DNA of 62,123 bases, filler included, from Globobulimina sp. (lineage: Eukaryota): NCBI GenBank assembly GCA_003354225.1. It is 13 parts of 13 records of this genome, joined end to end, with 100 filler letters (N's around TTAATTAATTAA, not from the genome) between each part and the next. Parts side by side here need not be neighbours in the genome. Positions count along the whole stretch, not along the records: positions 19,170 to 23,857 come from PIVH01000999.1; positions 23,958 to 28,645 come from PIVH01001000.1; positions 28,746 to 33,432 come from PIVH01001001.1; positions 33,533 to 38,217 come from PIVH01001002.1; 9 more parts are not named here. One strand, given 5' to 3'. The notes under the pieces are model-generated. The model had not been told where the DNA came from, searched no databases, and saw nothing but the letters and a program-made list of their open reading frames with translations. The position numbers and the translations under genes were made by a program. The stretch's first letter is position 1. Every line of letters starts with the position of its first letter. This document shows, piece after piece, positions 22,907 to 35,548 of the stretch.

Positions 22907-23148
22907 ATGTAACCCACTCATAATTTAATATTTTCGAATTTATAAAGTTTTCGAATTTCTTGAATCTAAAGTATTTCAATTTGTTGAATGGCTCAAAGGT
23001 GAAATACATAAATAATCGCTGACGTCCATAGAATATCTTCAAAACTTTAAGAAATCAATTTTCAATTCAAACCGTAATTTTAAAAACAAGAAATCAAGAA
23101 AATATATAAAAACTAAATACATATAACAAAAATATCTTTGTTTACAAT

Positions 23149-23857
23149 TTAAGTGGTTTTAAAATGATCATATTCATCAAATGAATTGTACGGAGCTGCA
23201 ACATTTTCTTCAGTGGCAGCTGTTGGAGAAACCGGACTTGAAGCAAATGAATCTTCAACGTTTGATATTTTTGTTAAGTTTAATAATGGTTTCTTATCAT
23301 CACCGGCAGCCACGAGCCTTCCACTTTCAATCATTCCTTGATCGTAATCCACACCAAAATGTAATATCGGAATGGAAAGAATATAAAAAAATATGATGTA
23401 AATCATAGCATATCTCATTGTAGAGATATTTGAAACTATTGTCGCCAAAAGAGGGCCAATCCAACTGCTCCCTTTGTCAGTCACTGCGTATAAACCAAAG
23501 AACTGCGATTCCTGTCCGATTGGTATCAAATGGGCATACAACGAGGATGAAGTTGCGAATAAAGAGCCCGTCTGCGTTCCGACAATCACACCGGCGATGA
23601 CATACATTTCCCAGAGATGGATCAAACCGACCGGAGACCCTGGGAATAAACTCAAAACCACCCATACCGGCAACAATGCATTGACGCATAAATGGAAGAC
23701 AACCAAACTTTTATTTGCTATGTTCCATTTTTTACTCGCCCAAATAAAAAAAAGTGCACCGAATATGGATAAAATACTAATTTCAAATAAAAGTACTGTT
23801 ATTTGAAGGGATGTCATCCCCAACTCAACTTGCGCGAATAACACACCAGTCGCCACC
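23149..23857 (-). CDS. ATG22: ATG22/UMF1-family MFS transporter, C-terminal half (5' truncated)
   Basis: SLYAHLIPIGQESQFFGLYAVTDKGSSWIGP matches the Atg22 family motif; multiple TM helices. Confidence 0.8.
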
Positions 23858-23957
23858 NNNNNNNNNNNNNNNNNNNNNNNNNNNNNNNNNNNNNNNNNNN
23901 NTTAATTAATTAANNNNNNNNNNNNNNNNNNNNNNNNNNNNNNNNNNNNNNNNNNNN

Positions 23958-24235
23958 TTATATTTATCTTTGTAAATACTTGAATCAATGATCGTAAAAT
24001 ATTGAGCATTTGTTTCTTTGTTTGAGATATTAAAATGAATGAATGATGATTCATATTCGGTGATAACAATATCATATTCAAAAAACATATCATCAGATAC
24101 GTTAAATTTTTTACATATTGAATAACTTTTGAAACTGTTGTTTGATTCTTCTTGTGCTTTTAAGACATGTTGACCAAATAATAATATGATACAAAGGTTG
24201 AATAATACTGCATTCAACAAAAATGAACTTGCCAT
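23958..24235 (-). CDS. N-terminal fragment of a secreted protein (3' truncated)
   Basis: MASSFLLNAVLFNLCIILLFGQHVLKA signal-like segment; open to the contig edge. Confidence 0.45.
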
Positions 24236-24293
24236 GTTTTTTATTAAGCTCAAATATTTGAGGACAATTTTCTACTTTAGAATAGACCGTTGC

Positions 24294-26213
24294 ATGGCAT
24301 CCAAAAAAGCGGGAGAAAGATGTTGCAATGTTAGTTATGACATACTGACCATCGTGATCTCAATTCTTGATGTTACAACAGATATTATCGTGTTAATTGA
24401 TTTTTATCAAAAGGAAAGAATGATATTTTTTGCCATTTCATTAAGTATTTTAATATTGGCTCAATGTTCATATTCAATGGCTTTTGCATTCAGATTTGAT
24501 ACAATCGATCAATGGAATTTACCAATGGCGTGTTGTACTTTTTTATGTTGTCTGCCTTTTGGTACATTGGTTGCTTTTGTAATGTATTTTGCTGAAAATG
24601 CGAACTCCTCCGTTGCCAATGTCATTCAAGGTATTGGTCTAAGAAGCAATGATCCGTTCTATACAAATGCCAAAGACAATAAAATGATGAAATGGATCAG
24701 ATCCAAATTGAATAAACATTTAGGATTCATATTAGAGGCCGTTGTCGAAGCTTTCCCGCAATCGTATGCTATTTAATTTGTTGTAGTTCCTCTGATATAT
24801 ACTTTAAATGTTTGCATTTCCTCATAGTTTATTACAGATAATCGCAATCGTTTATTTTCAAGAAGCAAATTATGTTTCCATTATCTCCATTTTGTTATCA
24901 ATGTTTTCTGTGACATCCAAATCTTTAATTTTATCGCAAGGAATCGAAAAATATACCTTTATTTGGACCTGGCTCTGTCTCGTCACTGATTTCTTTGGCA
25001 TTTTTTTTACGCTCACATGGGTTTTTTATAGGTATGGCATATATAATTATACTGCAAGTAGTTGATATTAAACGCATTCATGCCACATAGCAATGATATG
25101 ATTGGTGGAGATTTTCTTGGATACTTCAGCATCTTTGGTAAAATTTGGATTTATAAGTTTATAATCTCAACTTTATCCATTGTAGCCGCTGGATGCCTTT
25201 TATTTTGGTGCTTTGGATATTGGGTTATGGGCCTTTTGTTTTGTTGTGATTCCAATCATGAATCTCGTTGTTCGCATCGATTCGGCGAAGGGTGTTTATG
25301 GTTCGTCTTAGCTCCGTTAGCTTGCGTTCTCATGTCATTCGCAGCCAGCCTTGCTTGCGAAGTATTTTGTTTCAGTATTTTGGCATTTGCCATTTATAAG
25401 TTTTCAACCAAACGGTTTACAGATTATCGAAGCGAAGATGTGTATAAAATTATCCATTATTGGCTTCGTTTTATAGCAAATGGAAAAGATAAAAAATTGA
25501 GAATTTTGGCAATAAATCGTGGACTCAATGAATTTAAGTCGAATAATTGCAAAACTTTATCTTTATTTATTGATAATACACTGGAAAAAGAACAATATGA
25601 AGGACTGGAAAAGATTAGCTACAGTGATATGAGAAAGAACTGTTCCAATCCTATGTATGCTGCATTTTTTGCAGATCAATGGGAGAATATTACGGATGAA
25701 TGGATTCAGCGAAAAGGAAAAGTATGTGGGAGTCATGGTGATTGTGCGGACTGTTTTTTTGAAGTAATACATTTTACTCTTTACACAAGTATTGCATTCA
25801 TATTTGCGCCCATTTTGCTGATATCTAAAGTGGTTCAGATATTTTATCCATGGTTTATTATTGCGTATTTATTCGCAAATGATTTGTTGTTTAGCGGCAA
25901 AATTGATACATTTCAACTGGTTATGTTATTGATTTATATTGGATTACAATTAGTGCTGTTGTTTGTGGGTATTTATGTGTTTAAAATACATTTTTGGTTA
26001 AGACATATAATGCCAGGAAACGGGAAAATATATTTCAGCAACAATGCATATTCTTTGGATGTCGAAACATCGAGCAACATAACAGAACAATGGTATGAAA
26101 GTGTGTGCTGGTTTCCCAAAGTTAAAGTCATTATTATGAATAAATTTGGAAGAGACGTTGGGCCCATTATAATGAACTATTGCAGGAGTTTTGAATTGCA
26201 TGAGATAGTGTGA
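24294..26213 (+). CDS. XK-related multi-pass membrane protein; 3 exons
   Basis: LDVTTDIIVLIDFY and LEAVVEAFPQSLLQ resemble XK-family motifs (DxxTD; ExxPQxxLQ). Introns 24764-24827 and 25032-25090 join the ORFs in frame. Confidence 0.8.
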
Positions 26214-26444
26214 TAGTGTGATAGTCTCACCTTTTAAATTTTAATTTTGTGATCGTAGTTCTCTTCATTTACACATGCGGGGTAGGTAAATATAGATGGA
26301 TGCATGGACATTTTCCAGATTATCTGATTTCAAGTTTTCTGTGAAGTGAGCTAGTCAACATCATTAATTACGTAATCAAATTAAAATTAAATTAAATTAA
26401 AGTGGCTTATAAATCAATTAAACACAGAGAAAAAATTAGTAAAA

Positions 26445-27496
26445 CTAGGTATTAGAAAAAAAAAGTATAAAAAAAAAGATAGAGTCAAAAAATAATGTAA
26501 AAATTGTAACGCCATAAACTGAAGGCAATGAATCATGATCAACAAATCTTTGTTTTTTTGAATAAATATTTTTATTATTTTTATAACACCAAAATAATGT
26601 AACATTAATTACCATAAATACTATAAATACTGCGGATATATTTGGCAATACACACATATAACCATTATCCGCCTCTGTTTCTTCTTTATTATTATCTCCG
26701 CCATTTAAAGCATTCAATTTGAATTCTGAGGCATGTTTTGATTGTTTTCTGTATATATGCATACAATAATATTTTGTATAAAAACAAAGCAACACAAACT
26801 AAACTTAAAATCACTGCTGTCACTGGACTCACTACTTACACTACTTACACTGCTATAGCTTGCCTTACTGGACTGGCTTACCGGACTTTCCTCACTGGAC
26901 TGGCTTACCGGACTTGACTGGCTTGCCTCACTTGACTGGCTTGCATCACTTGACTGGCTTGCCTTACTTGACGGTATTTGTGTTTGTGTTGGTATTTGTG
27001 TTGGTATTGGTAACTGTGTTGGTGTTGGTAACTGTGTTGGTGGTGGTAATTGCGTTGGTGGTGGTGTTTGTGTTGATGTTTGTGTTGGTGTTGTTGTTGG
27101 CATTAATTCAACACAAATTCCATATTGTGTCCATACGCATATATCATAGACTCCATTACCAATATAAATACAATCTGTTTCATTCAAACACAATGTACAG
27201 TTTGAGGAACAATCATTCTTTAAACGACATAAATTGTTATGCGTTAAATACACGCATAAATTGTCTTCGGTGCACATGTCTCGTGCTTCTAAACCATCAC
27301 ATAATGAACAATCTGGACCACATAATTCAACCACACATTTTGATTCGTCATAATTATATGTACATCGGTTTACTGTGTCACTGTTACATGTCATTGCTCC
27401 ATCATGACAGATTGAACAATCACTACCACACTGTTGACTAAAAATGAATTCAATTTGCAATGCAAATACAAGCAATATTGACATTACAAATTTCAT
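26445..27496 (-). CDS. Secreted/single-pass Cys-rich protein with PTQ and SSEASQ low-complexity stalk
   Basis: Signal MKFVMSILLVFALQIEFIFS; three C..DC..C...C units; PPPTQL and SQSSEA repeats. Probable intron 26749-26804, then a TM segment ISAVFIVFMVINVTLFWCY. Confidence 0.65.
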
Positions 27497-28330
27497 TTTG
27501 ACTCAATTTGATATCACTATGAAGGAAATAAAAATAATTAATATAGTCTGTTGGACATGACTACAATCACAGTGTTTTGTAATTTTTAAGTGAGTTTTAA
27601 ATGGTTTTTTTAGCACTACTATTGTACTCTGGCCTACAAGTGTGGTAATTCCTATAACTCCGAAAAAATGCAGTTGTGCATTAACATACTCATATTCCGG
27701 AGGTGAAATGTATTTTGAGAAACCTTCGGAGTACGTCGTTAAGCCCGGCCATCAACATTCTACAAATAATGTTAGCAGCGTTCGTATTTTTATAATTTTC
27801 TAATCAATAATTATAAAATGATATTGGAATGAAACATGTTTATCAATATCTATTTACCCTGTATTTGTTAGCAACATCACCAAAAATAAAGAGATATATA
27901 CCGATCAAGTGATATAACTCATATTGATGACTAATTTTTAATATGAAATAAAACATTTTTCATTCGATCCAATCGATTAATCAAATTATAAAAATACAAA
28001 CTCTCTGATCTTTCCTTTATTAATTCCTGTGCTGTGTATATAATATTTAAAACACCGACAACAGCCACATCCAAATGATCCAATGTTTGCATATTAATTT
28101 GTCATTCGTTCACAAGGTTGTTTCAAATAACATACTTGTTGAATCCCACAGGCACTTCAAACTATAAAACTATGCATTTTATAATTAAACAATATAAGTA
28201 TATAACATTTTATTTATTAGCGAAAGAAAAAAACAATTTAACAATAGAAGAGGGGGAAGACAAAAAGTTGGAAAAAAACAACAAAAACAAAAACACAAAA
28301 ACAAATGTAAATAATCCTAATATGCAGATG

Positions 28331-28645
28331 CTATGCAACAACCATATTCTTGTTTAATTTTATTATTCCACCTAAACTGAGTGGTGGTAAACTTTTTGAG
28401 CTTACCACATCTTTATTTTTAATATGATCACATTTTATGTGGGATTGCACATCATTTTTATTTGCAAATTTCATGGTACATTGACAACATTGATAACTAC
28501 CATCTGGCATTAACATACCAGCACCAAATGCATCGACATGTTTTTTTAAATCACTTTGATTTTTAAATTGACACAAACAAAAATTACAGGTATTATTTTC
28601 ATTTGTAATCATGTGGTGATTATAATGCCTCATATATGCAGAGAC
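28331..28645 (-). CDS. C2H2 zinc-finger protein, C-terminal fragment
   Basis: CNFCLCQFKNQSDLKKH and YQCCQCTMKFANKNDVQSHIKCDH. Confidence 0.7.
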   Translation of the reverse strand, partial: VSAYMRHYNHHMITNENNTCNFCLCQFKNQSDLKKHVDAFGAGMLMPDGSYQCCQCTMKFANKNDVQSHIKCDHIKNKDVVSSKSLPPLSLGGIIKLNKNMVVA

Positions 28646-28745
28646 NNNNNNNNNNNNNNNNNNNNNNNNNNNNNNNNNNNNNNNNNNNNTTAATTAATTA
28701 ANNNNNNNNNNNNNNNNNNNNNNNNNNNNNNNNNNNNNNNNNNNN

Positions 28746-31700
28746 ACATATCATATCAGAGATGTTTTGAATTTAAAACATAATGGTAAAATTATCGCGG
28801 CTTTCTCGGAAGATTTATTGCCCCCAAATAAGAAACCAGAATGGAATAAAGAAGCAGCAGTTAGCACTGTTAACATATTAAATATCAATGACATATATTA
28901 TTATGCAATGGATTGGACGGCTCTCCCTCCTTCGCCTCAGAATGAAGCAAATGATAATAAACCATACAAACCCGCTGTCCCTCCATCGCCACCAAATACC
29001 TTTACCAGAGGCGATGTAAAATTACCTGCCATTATCGAACAAAACAAAGACTCCCTTCGCATCTCTCAATATCCGCAACCTAAACGTATACCAAACCGAC
29101 GACATTTTAAAAATAGGAATATCCCAAAAAAGAAGCAAACCAAACCGCAACCAAGTAATAATGAAGAAATTCTCGCCGACCAAATAAGAAATATTAAACG
29201 TACCAATGCCTATATCCAATATATCATTAAAAATCAAAAAATATGGGACCGAAGATATGATAAAATAAATTTAGAAGAAGCGGCGACCCATTTACGTGAA
29301 TATAGAGAAGTATGGCAATTAGAAAACGACTGCAAAATTAGCAATGTCCGGGTAACGACCAATTCGCTAAATGTATATACCCCGGTCTATAAATTCCAGA
29401 ATCTACTCAGTGGAAAGGATCCCGATTTTGATCAAGCAATAAAAATAATATACAAAAATGCAAGAATTGGCCATCCAATCCATAGTTTGGTTATATATGA
29501 ATTAATTCCATCGGTTAATTATATAAATGATAAACGAATGTTGCATTTGGAACCAATTAGCGGCTCCAAAACAGAGTCAATTTTAATGAAATTAAATTGG
29601 AATGTCGCTTACCCGAAATTTGAATATAATGACATTGAGATTTATTATATCAAAAAAAGCTTAAATTGGCGACCAGTCAATATGTGTTTATTTAATATTC
29701 CATTAAGAATCCTACACAACAACTCATTGCAACGTATATTAAACAGCAAAGCCAAAGCTGCGATTAATTCGACGTGCATTCTGTATACAATTATTAATGT
29801 AATGGCCAATAATTACGATGTCACGAAAGTTGATTATAAACCGCTATTATACGCATTAATAAAACCATATGAGATCAAAGTAGAAAGATTAAAAGAGGCA
29901 AAATCTGAATTAAACGAAGCCAAACAAGCACCTTCTCCAATGAATGAAGACTCGAATGATGACTCAGATAATTTAAGTGATGACTCAGTAAATGCGGATT
30001 TATGGTATGATGAGATTTTAAATGAAGCAAATGCGCAGTATGTGAATATAACAAAATTGATTGAAAAATACGCAATTTCGGAGATTGACATAATTAATAC
30101 AAATATTATCAAAAATCGAAGATGGTGCAAAAATACTTTGCGTCATATGAGCAATGAGACGGGCAGTGATTTGGCGATACCATGGTGGATAAATATGGAT
30201 AGTTGGGGCAGAATGATTAATTTTATCGCAGCAGAAAATTGTATACAAAGTGTGGGGAAACCATTCAAAATGGATTTAGAATTTGAAGGAAAAAAGATAT
30301 TTGCAACTCCCATTACGATATCTGGGATAAATCCGAAATTAATAATTGGCGATGAATCATTAGGTTTACCTGCGATGATTTTCAGATTTGGCACAATTCG
30401 GAAATATGCGATCTTATTAAGAAGTAATTTGTATTTCGATTATCTCGCAACTGCAAAATCTTGTAACTGCGGAAAAAAATTTACGGACCACGACAAATGC
30501 CCAGAATTGGCCAATTATATTAAAAAACAGACGAATAAAATCAAACAAAAATGCAAATCCGGCAGAATCTCTCAGAAACAAATGCATCGCAATATCGCTA
30601 AAATTGTCCAAATTAAATGTATTAAATGTGGCCATTTTGGTCATTTTATCAATGAATGTGAGGACGATGACGATGAGATAATTTGTATTTGCTGCTATCA
30701 ATCCAATCATATTCGGACTTTAAATATGTCCATTTGCAGTGATACGGCCAATTTAGTAAATTTATTCACAAATTTGGATACCATTAATGTGAACTGTAAA
30801 GATATTGAATTTAAAAAAATCGATCATTATAAATTAGTAAATTGTATAATTAATAGAGATTTTATAATATCGGATCTATATAAAAGCATTGTCCCCACCA
30901 CAACCAACCAAAAAATTGTATTAAAAAGCAATGCAAATCCAGTAAATAATGAAAATAAACAAGCAAATTATTGTGATGCGGCCCAACCAAATAATGACAT
31001 TTCAGATCCTTTGAATAAAAATCAAGCATCGATGCAAACAGATGAATTAATATCAAATGGCACCGTACAAACAGCAGATGAACAATTATTAAATCTTGGA
31101 TTGGTTGACGAAGATTTTGGTGATGAGTCGCTTTCAGATATTGAATATACGGAGAAAAAAGACATTGAATTCAATCCGGAAAGTCCGGAAATTTTGAATA
31201 ATCCGTACATCGATCCATCCCTTTTAACCATGCCAAATATTAAAAATCCTTTCAAAAATTTCAAATTTACCAACAATTTCCAACATTCATCCAACAATTT
31301 ACAACCAAATGTCTCTGCATCCCAACCATTGCCCGATACCTCAATGTATACATTCAATGATGAGCCAATTCCAAATAAGAAAGTACAGAAAAAGAAAAAT
31401 CGCAAACCCCAACCACCAAAAGATTTACATCGCGTTGAGGTCCCTCCGAATATGCCGAAATTCGTAAAATATCGTAGTGCGAATGCAGAATCTTTCCGTG
31501 TCAATATGATGAATAATAAATTATCAAAATCAAACAATCAAAACAGTTCAGCCAATCAATTACCATTTAAAAATCAAAGAAATCCAAACAAAATGATACA
31601 AGCACAACGAAGACAAAAGAAAGAATTAACAACCAACCAAGTTTTAATTAATTTTGTATATAAATATAATTATAAAAATTCTTTTTTATCTAATTTCCTT

Positions 31701-32045
31701 TTAATTTCTTTATTAATTATTCTTAGTATTCCTCTTTTATTAAACCATGCCATTAAAATTGTGATTGATGATACCGAAGACAGAGACCATTTTATTACAA
31801 CGGATTCGCACTTTGAAATTTTATTTCATTGCATTCCAATAATTGTAACAAAATACTCTACTTTATTTTATATTATCTTTTTTCTTTTTATGTTAGCCAA
31901 AAACGCCCAAATAAGTCATTTAATAATTCAATTACAATACAGTCAAAATATTGGTGTGTCTGCAAAATCTGAACTAAACACTAGAAATAAAACAAAATTA
32001 CCCCCTAAAACGCCCAAAATAAAATTGAATTATGGTAAAGTATAA
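28746..32045 (+). CDS. LINE ORF1 (gag-like, zinc knuckles), open from the contig start
   Basis: CIKCGHFGHFINEC (CX2CX4HX4C), CICCYQSNHIRTLNMSIC, and an upstream variant SCNCGKKFTDHDKC. First ATG at 28908. Confidence 0.8.
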   Translation, partial: TYHIRDVLNLKHNGKIIAAFSEDLLPPNKKPEWNKEAAVSTVNILNINDIYYYAMDWTALPPSPQNEANDNKPYKPAVPPSPPNTFTRGDVKLPAIIEQNKDSLRISQYPQPKRIPNRRHFKNRNIPKKKQTKPQPSNNEEILADQIRNIKRTNAYIQYIIKNQKIWDRRYDKINLEEAATHLREYREVWQLENDCKISNVRVTTNSLNVYTPVYKFQNLLSGKDPDFDQAIKIIYKNARIGHPIHSLVIYELIPSVNYINDKRMLHLEPISGSKTESILMKLNWNVAYPKFEYNDIEIYYIKKSLNWRPVNMCLFNIPLRILHNNSLQRILNSKAKAAINSTCILYTIINVMANNYDVTKVDYKPLLYALIKPYEIKVERLKEAKSELNEAKQAPSPMNEDSNDDSDNLSDDSVNADLWYDEILNEANAQYVNITKLIEKYAISEIDIINTNIIKNRRWCKNTLRHMSNETGSDLAIPWWINMDSWGRMINFIAAENCIQSVGKPFKMDLEFEGKKIFATPITISGINPKLIIGDESLGLPAMIFRFGTIRKYAILLRSNLYFDYLATAKSCNCGKKFTDHDKCPELANYIKKQTNKIKQKCKSGRISQKQMHRNIAKIVQIKCIKCGHFGHFINECEDDDDEIICICCYQSNHIRTLNMSICSDTANLVNLFTNLDTINVNCKDIEFKKIDHYKLVNCIINRDFIISDLYKSIVPTTTNQKIVLKSNANPVNNENKQANYCDAAQPNNDISDPLNKNQASMQTDELISNGTVQTADEQLLNLGLVDEDFGDESLSDIEYTEKKDIEFNPESPEILNNPYIDPSLLTMPNIKNPFKNFKFTNNFQHSSNNLQPNVSASQPLPDTSMYTFNDEPIPNKKVQKKKNRKPQPPKDLHRVEVPPNMPKFVKYRSANAESFRVNMMNNKLSKSNNQNSSANQLPFKNQRNPNKMIQAQRRQKKELTTNQVLINFVYKYNYKNSFLSNFLLISLLIILSIPLLLNHAIKIVIDDTEDRDHFITTDSHFEILFHCIPIIVTKYSTLFYIIFFLFMLAKNAQISHLIIQLQYSQNIGVSAKSELNTRNKTKLPPKTPKIKLNYGKV

Positions 32046-33432
32046 TATACTGCAATACAATGTAAATGGATTGATTAATCCATCAAAAATGTCGCAAGAA
32101 GCAAAATGCTATAAAATCTATCAAATAATGAAATCAAAACAAATTGACTTCCTCCTATTACAGGAATGGAGTGCAACGCTCAGATTTGCTATAACTCCGA
32201 GTGAGTCATCCTATATAGATAAGAATAACAAAGTCCATTCAGTCGCTTTTCCAATACAATTATTCCCCAAATACAAAGTCCATTACACTGGAACAGAAAC
32301 TGCAATTTTATACAGAGACACCTTATCTGTAACTCCATTATCAACCCCTCCTAACTATGACCGCCTAAATCGTACCCAAAACTGCCATATAACAAGTGTT
32401 ATTTTACATTGTGGGGACCAAGATATCGGAGTACATTCTTTATATAATTGCCCTAGAAATCCGAATATTGATCAATTATTTAATTATCCATTAACTGTTG
32501 AAAAGAATTTCATTGCGGGCGATTTCAATATAAAAAATGTAATTTGGGGCAGTAATAATTCAACTCAAGAATCAGATAATTTTGTAGATGGCTTGAATTT
32601 CCTCAAAATGCAAATTCTAAATATAACGAATCCATCATATACTCACATCCATAAATCCTGCCAAACCAAATCCTGTATTGATTTGACATTAATATCTGAT
32701 AATTTGAAACATAATAAATGGAATATACTCCATGCGATGTATAACCCCGATTGCTCTGACCACGTTCCCATTGCCTCAACTTTTGAAATTGAAAACGTTT
32801 TTGGCTTTAGTGAATCAAGAAAAACTTGGAACCTTTCAAATCAACAAAAATGGAATAAATATTCAGAAACGCTTACAAATAATATTGAAAATACAACTTT
32901 TGATCAAGATCCAAATATATACACAGAACAACTCACATTTCTTATCCTATATACAGCAGAACAATCTATTGGATATAAATATTATTACCGTGGACATAAA
33001 CCATGGTGGAATAATAAAATCAAAAAACTAAAGAAACGATGTAAACGATTAAGACGACGCATCCAGAGACTAAAAAAGAAAGCAAAACGTAATTTCACGG
33101 ATTTCCATATATTTGCCAAATATAAACGATTAAAACCGATACTAAATGACCTACAATCCAAGAAATTGAAAGCAATCCAATGTGCAAAATCGAAATATAA
33201 TGACCGCATTAATAAATACATTCAAACGTGCAAAGACTATGGACGCCGATTTTGGCGAACTATCTCGAATAATAAATCAAATGCTATAAATACAAATAAT
33301 ATCCCCCCATTACAATATAAAAATAAATCGAATATAATTGACCCATTCCAACAGGCAAAGGTATTACAAGAGGCCATGACAAGAACTCCAAGGCCCAAAT
33401 CTAACAATAACCATAAAAAATGGCATGAATAT
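32032..33432 (+). CDS. LINE ORF2 N-terminus: AP endonuclease + linker (3' truncated)
   Basis: LQYNVNGL, LLLQE, SLYNCP, IAGDFN...WG, YT...SCIDLTL, SDHVPI; linker motifs WNL, KPWWN, FWRTI. Confidence 0.92.
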
Positions 33433-33532
33433 NNNNNNNNNNNNNNNNNNNNNNNNNNNNNNNNNNNNNNNNNNNNTTAATTAATTAANNNNNNNNNNNN
33501 NNNNNNNNNNNNNNNNNNNNNNNNNNNNNNNN

Positions 33533-35477
33533 TACTGGGATACGATTATCTGCTGGACAAGAAACGCAAATATCACAGACCTTTAATTTTAACAATGTAC
33601 TATTATGGTCAATAAAATCACCGACATTGCATGTGGCTGTTAGCTCCGTGATTGATGAGTCGACCAATACAATAATTGATACAAACTCGGAGACTTTTGG
33701 ATTTAGGAGAGCTGTTTTTGATGTTAATGCAGGATTATTTTTGAACGGGGAGTATGTGAAAATGACTGGGTTTTGCAATCATCAGGATTTTGCTGGATGT
33801 GGTGTTGCGATGGTATGCCATATGTTACATGGTTTGTTTTTTATTTTTGAATACATTATACAGCCGGATCGAGTGAATAGATTTCGTGTAAATTATTTAC
33901 AATCCATTGGTACAAATTCCTGGAGGATGTCACATGTTTAGTTATATATATTTTGTTTGATACAGTAATAAATATAAATTTGTATATATATTTGAAAAGA
34001 ATCCGCCCAATCCGGAGCTACTTGATTTTACGGATGAATATGGCATGTTGGTGTGGGATGAAAATAGAAATTTTGCCAATAATCAGCAATATTTACAAGA
34101 TCAGCAAGATATGATTAACAGAGATAAAAATCATCCATCTATTGTGATATGGTCATTGTGTAACGAAGGTATACGACATATATTTGTTCTACAACATTAT
34201 AAAATATTCAATTAAACTTTAGCTGGTTGCATGCAGGGATCATCAGAGGGTGCCGCAGTGGGAAGATTGTTTGAAACGGTAATTCGTAGAATTGATAATG
34301 TCAATACCAGACCAATCAGTGCAGCAATGAGCGGAAATTGGGGTGATCCGCTCAGCACTGTATTAGGTATGTATAAAATTATGAAATCCTATACAAAAAC
34401 TACAAATATATAACAACTCTGTATAGATATTCAAGGCATTAATTATTACCCAAATCAATATGATCCATACCACAAAGCGCATCCAACCCAACCAATAATA
34501 TCATCAGAATCGTGTTCGTGTACAACTGATCGCGGCGAGTATGCATCCTCCAGTACAACCGGCCATGTTTCTGCCTACACGACGTGTGTTTGGACTTGCT
34601 GGCAACCGGTAGCTCAGAGACAATTTGTTATTGGCTCCTTTGACTGGACAGGCTTCGATTATAAAGGAGGTATAATCTATAATTGTATGTACTGATTATT
34701 CATGGAAACAAATAACAAATCACATGCACAGAACCCTCACCGTACGGTTGGCCTGATGTCAATTCTCATTTTGGTGTGATTGATCTTGCCGGCTTTCCAA
34801 AGGATGACTCATTTTATTATAAAGCATGGTGGCTTCAGGGAAACGAGACTGTCATTCATATATTGCCAAATGATTGGAATACGTGGAGTGTCGGACAAAA
34901 GGTAAATATTTGGATATATTCGAATGCGCATTATATAGATGTACAGTTAAATGGCAATTCTGTAAGTAATGGAATGCAAACTGTTAACACGCAAAGTGCC
35001 TTGGAAATTAATGGTGTGACATTTGCGAGTGGCACTTTAATGGCTTTTGGATATGATGCGAATAGAAATGTGATTGGAAATGCCTCCATATCAACAACAG
35101 GGAGTGCTTATGCTATTGAGTTGATTGGCGAATATCCAACAAGTAATACTATAATAAGTGATGGAGCTGATGTGTCATTGATTGAAGCACGAATTGTTGA
35201 TAATGCTGGAAGGAGAGTGCCTGATGCAAGTAATTTGATTCGTTTTGCAGTTTCTGGCAATGGTGTAATATATGGGGTTGGCAATGGTGACCCAGCCTGT
35301 CATGAACCGGATAAAGGTAGTTCAAGATCTGCATATCATGGCAGAGCTCGTGTCATTGTCCAATCGGTGCTTGATAGGGCAGGACAAATCACAGTAACTG
35401 CAACCTCCAATGGATTGAGGTCCGCAAATCTTACAATTTCGTCTGTTGCGCCAACATACAAAATGAAATATGTATAA
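33533..35477 (+). CDS. Glycoside hydrolase family 2 (beta-galactosidase-like), 5' truncated, 5 introns
   Basis: FGFR, FLNGEYVKMTGFCNHQD, WRMSHNP, RDKNHPSIVIWSLCNE (acid/base), IISSES (nucleophile), WTGFDYKGEP, VGNGDP. Introns 33813-33863, 33936-33999, 34169-34222, 34367-34426, 34670-34731. Confidence 0.92.
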
Positions 35478-35548
35478 TATTATAGTTTAATTGAATTCTG
35501 GGTGCAGTCAAATAGAGTCAAAGTTTTTAACTTTAAACTACAGTAACA

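Larger units (their letters stand above)
28746..33432 (+). mobile_element. Non-LTR retrotransposon (LINE, APE-type); fills the contig, RT cut off by the contig end
   Basis: Gag-like ORF1 with CCHC knuckles overlapping an APE-endonuclease ORF2. A-rich sense strand; no introns. Confidence 0.9.

Noticed and set aside
26860-27441. 193-aa + strand ORF with LTGLPH and VLV repeats
   Set aside because: Antisense shadow of the PTQ/SSEASQ stalk.
27720-27760. Twister or HDV-like ribozyme (AAGCCCGG; GATGGCCGG on the minus strand)
   Set aside because: I could not build the required P1/P2/P4 stems and pseudoknot pairings.
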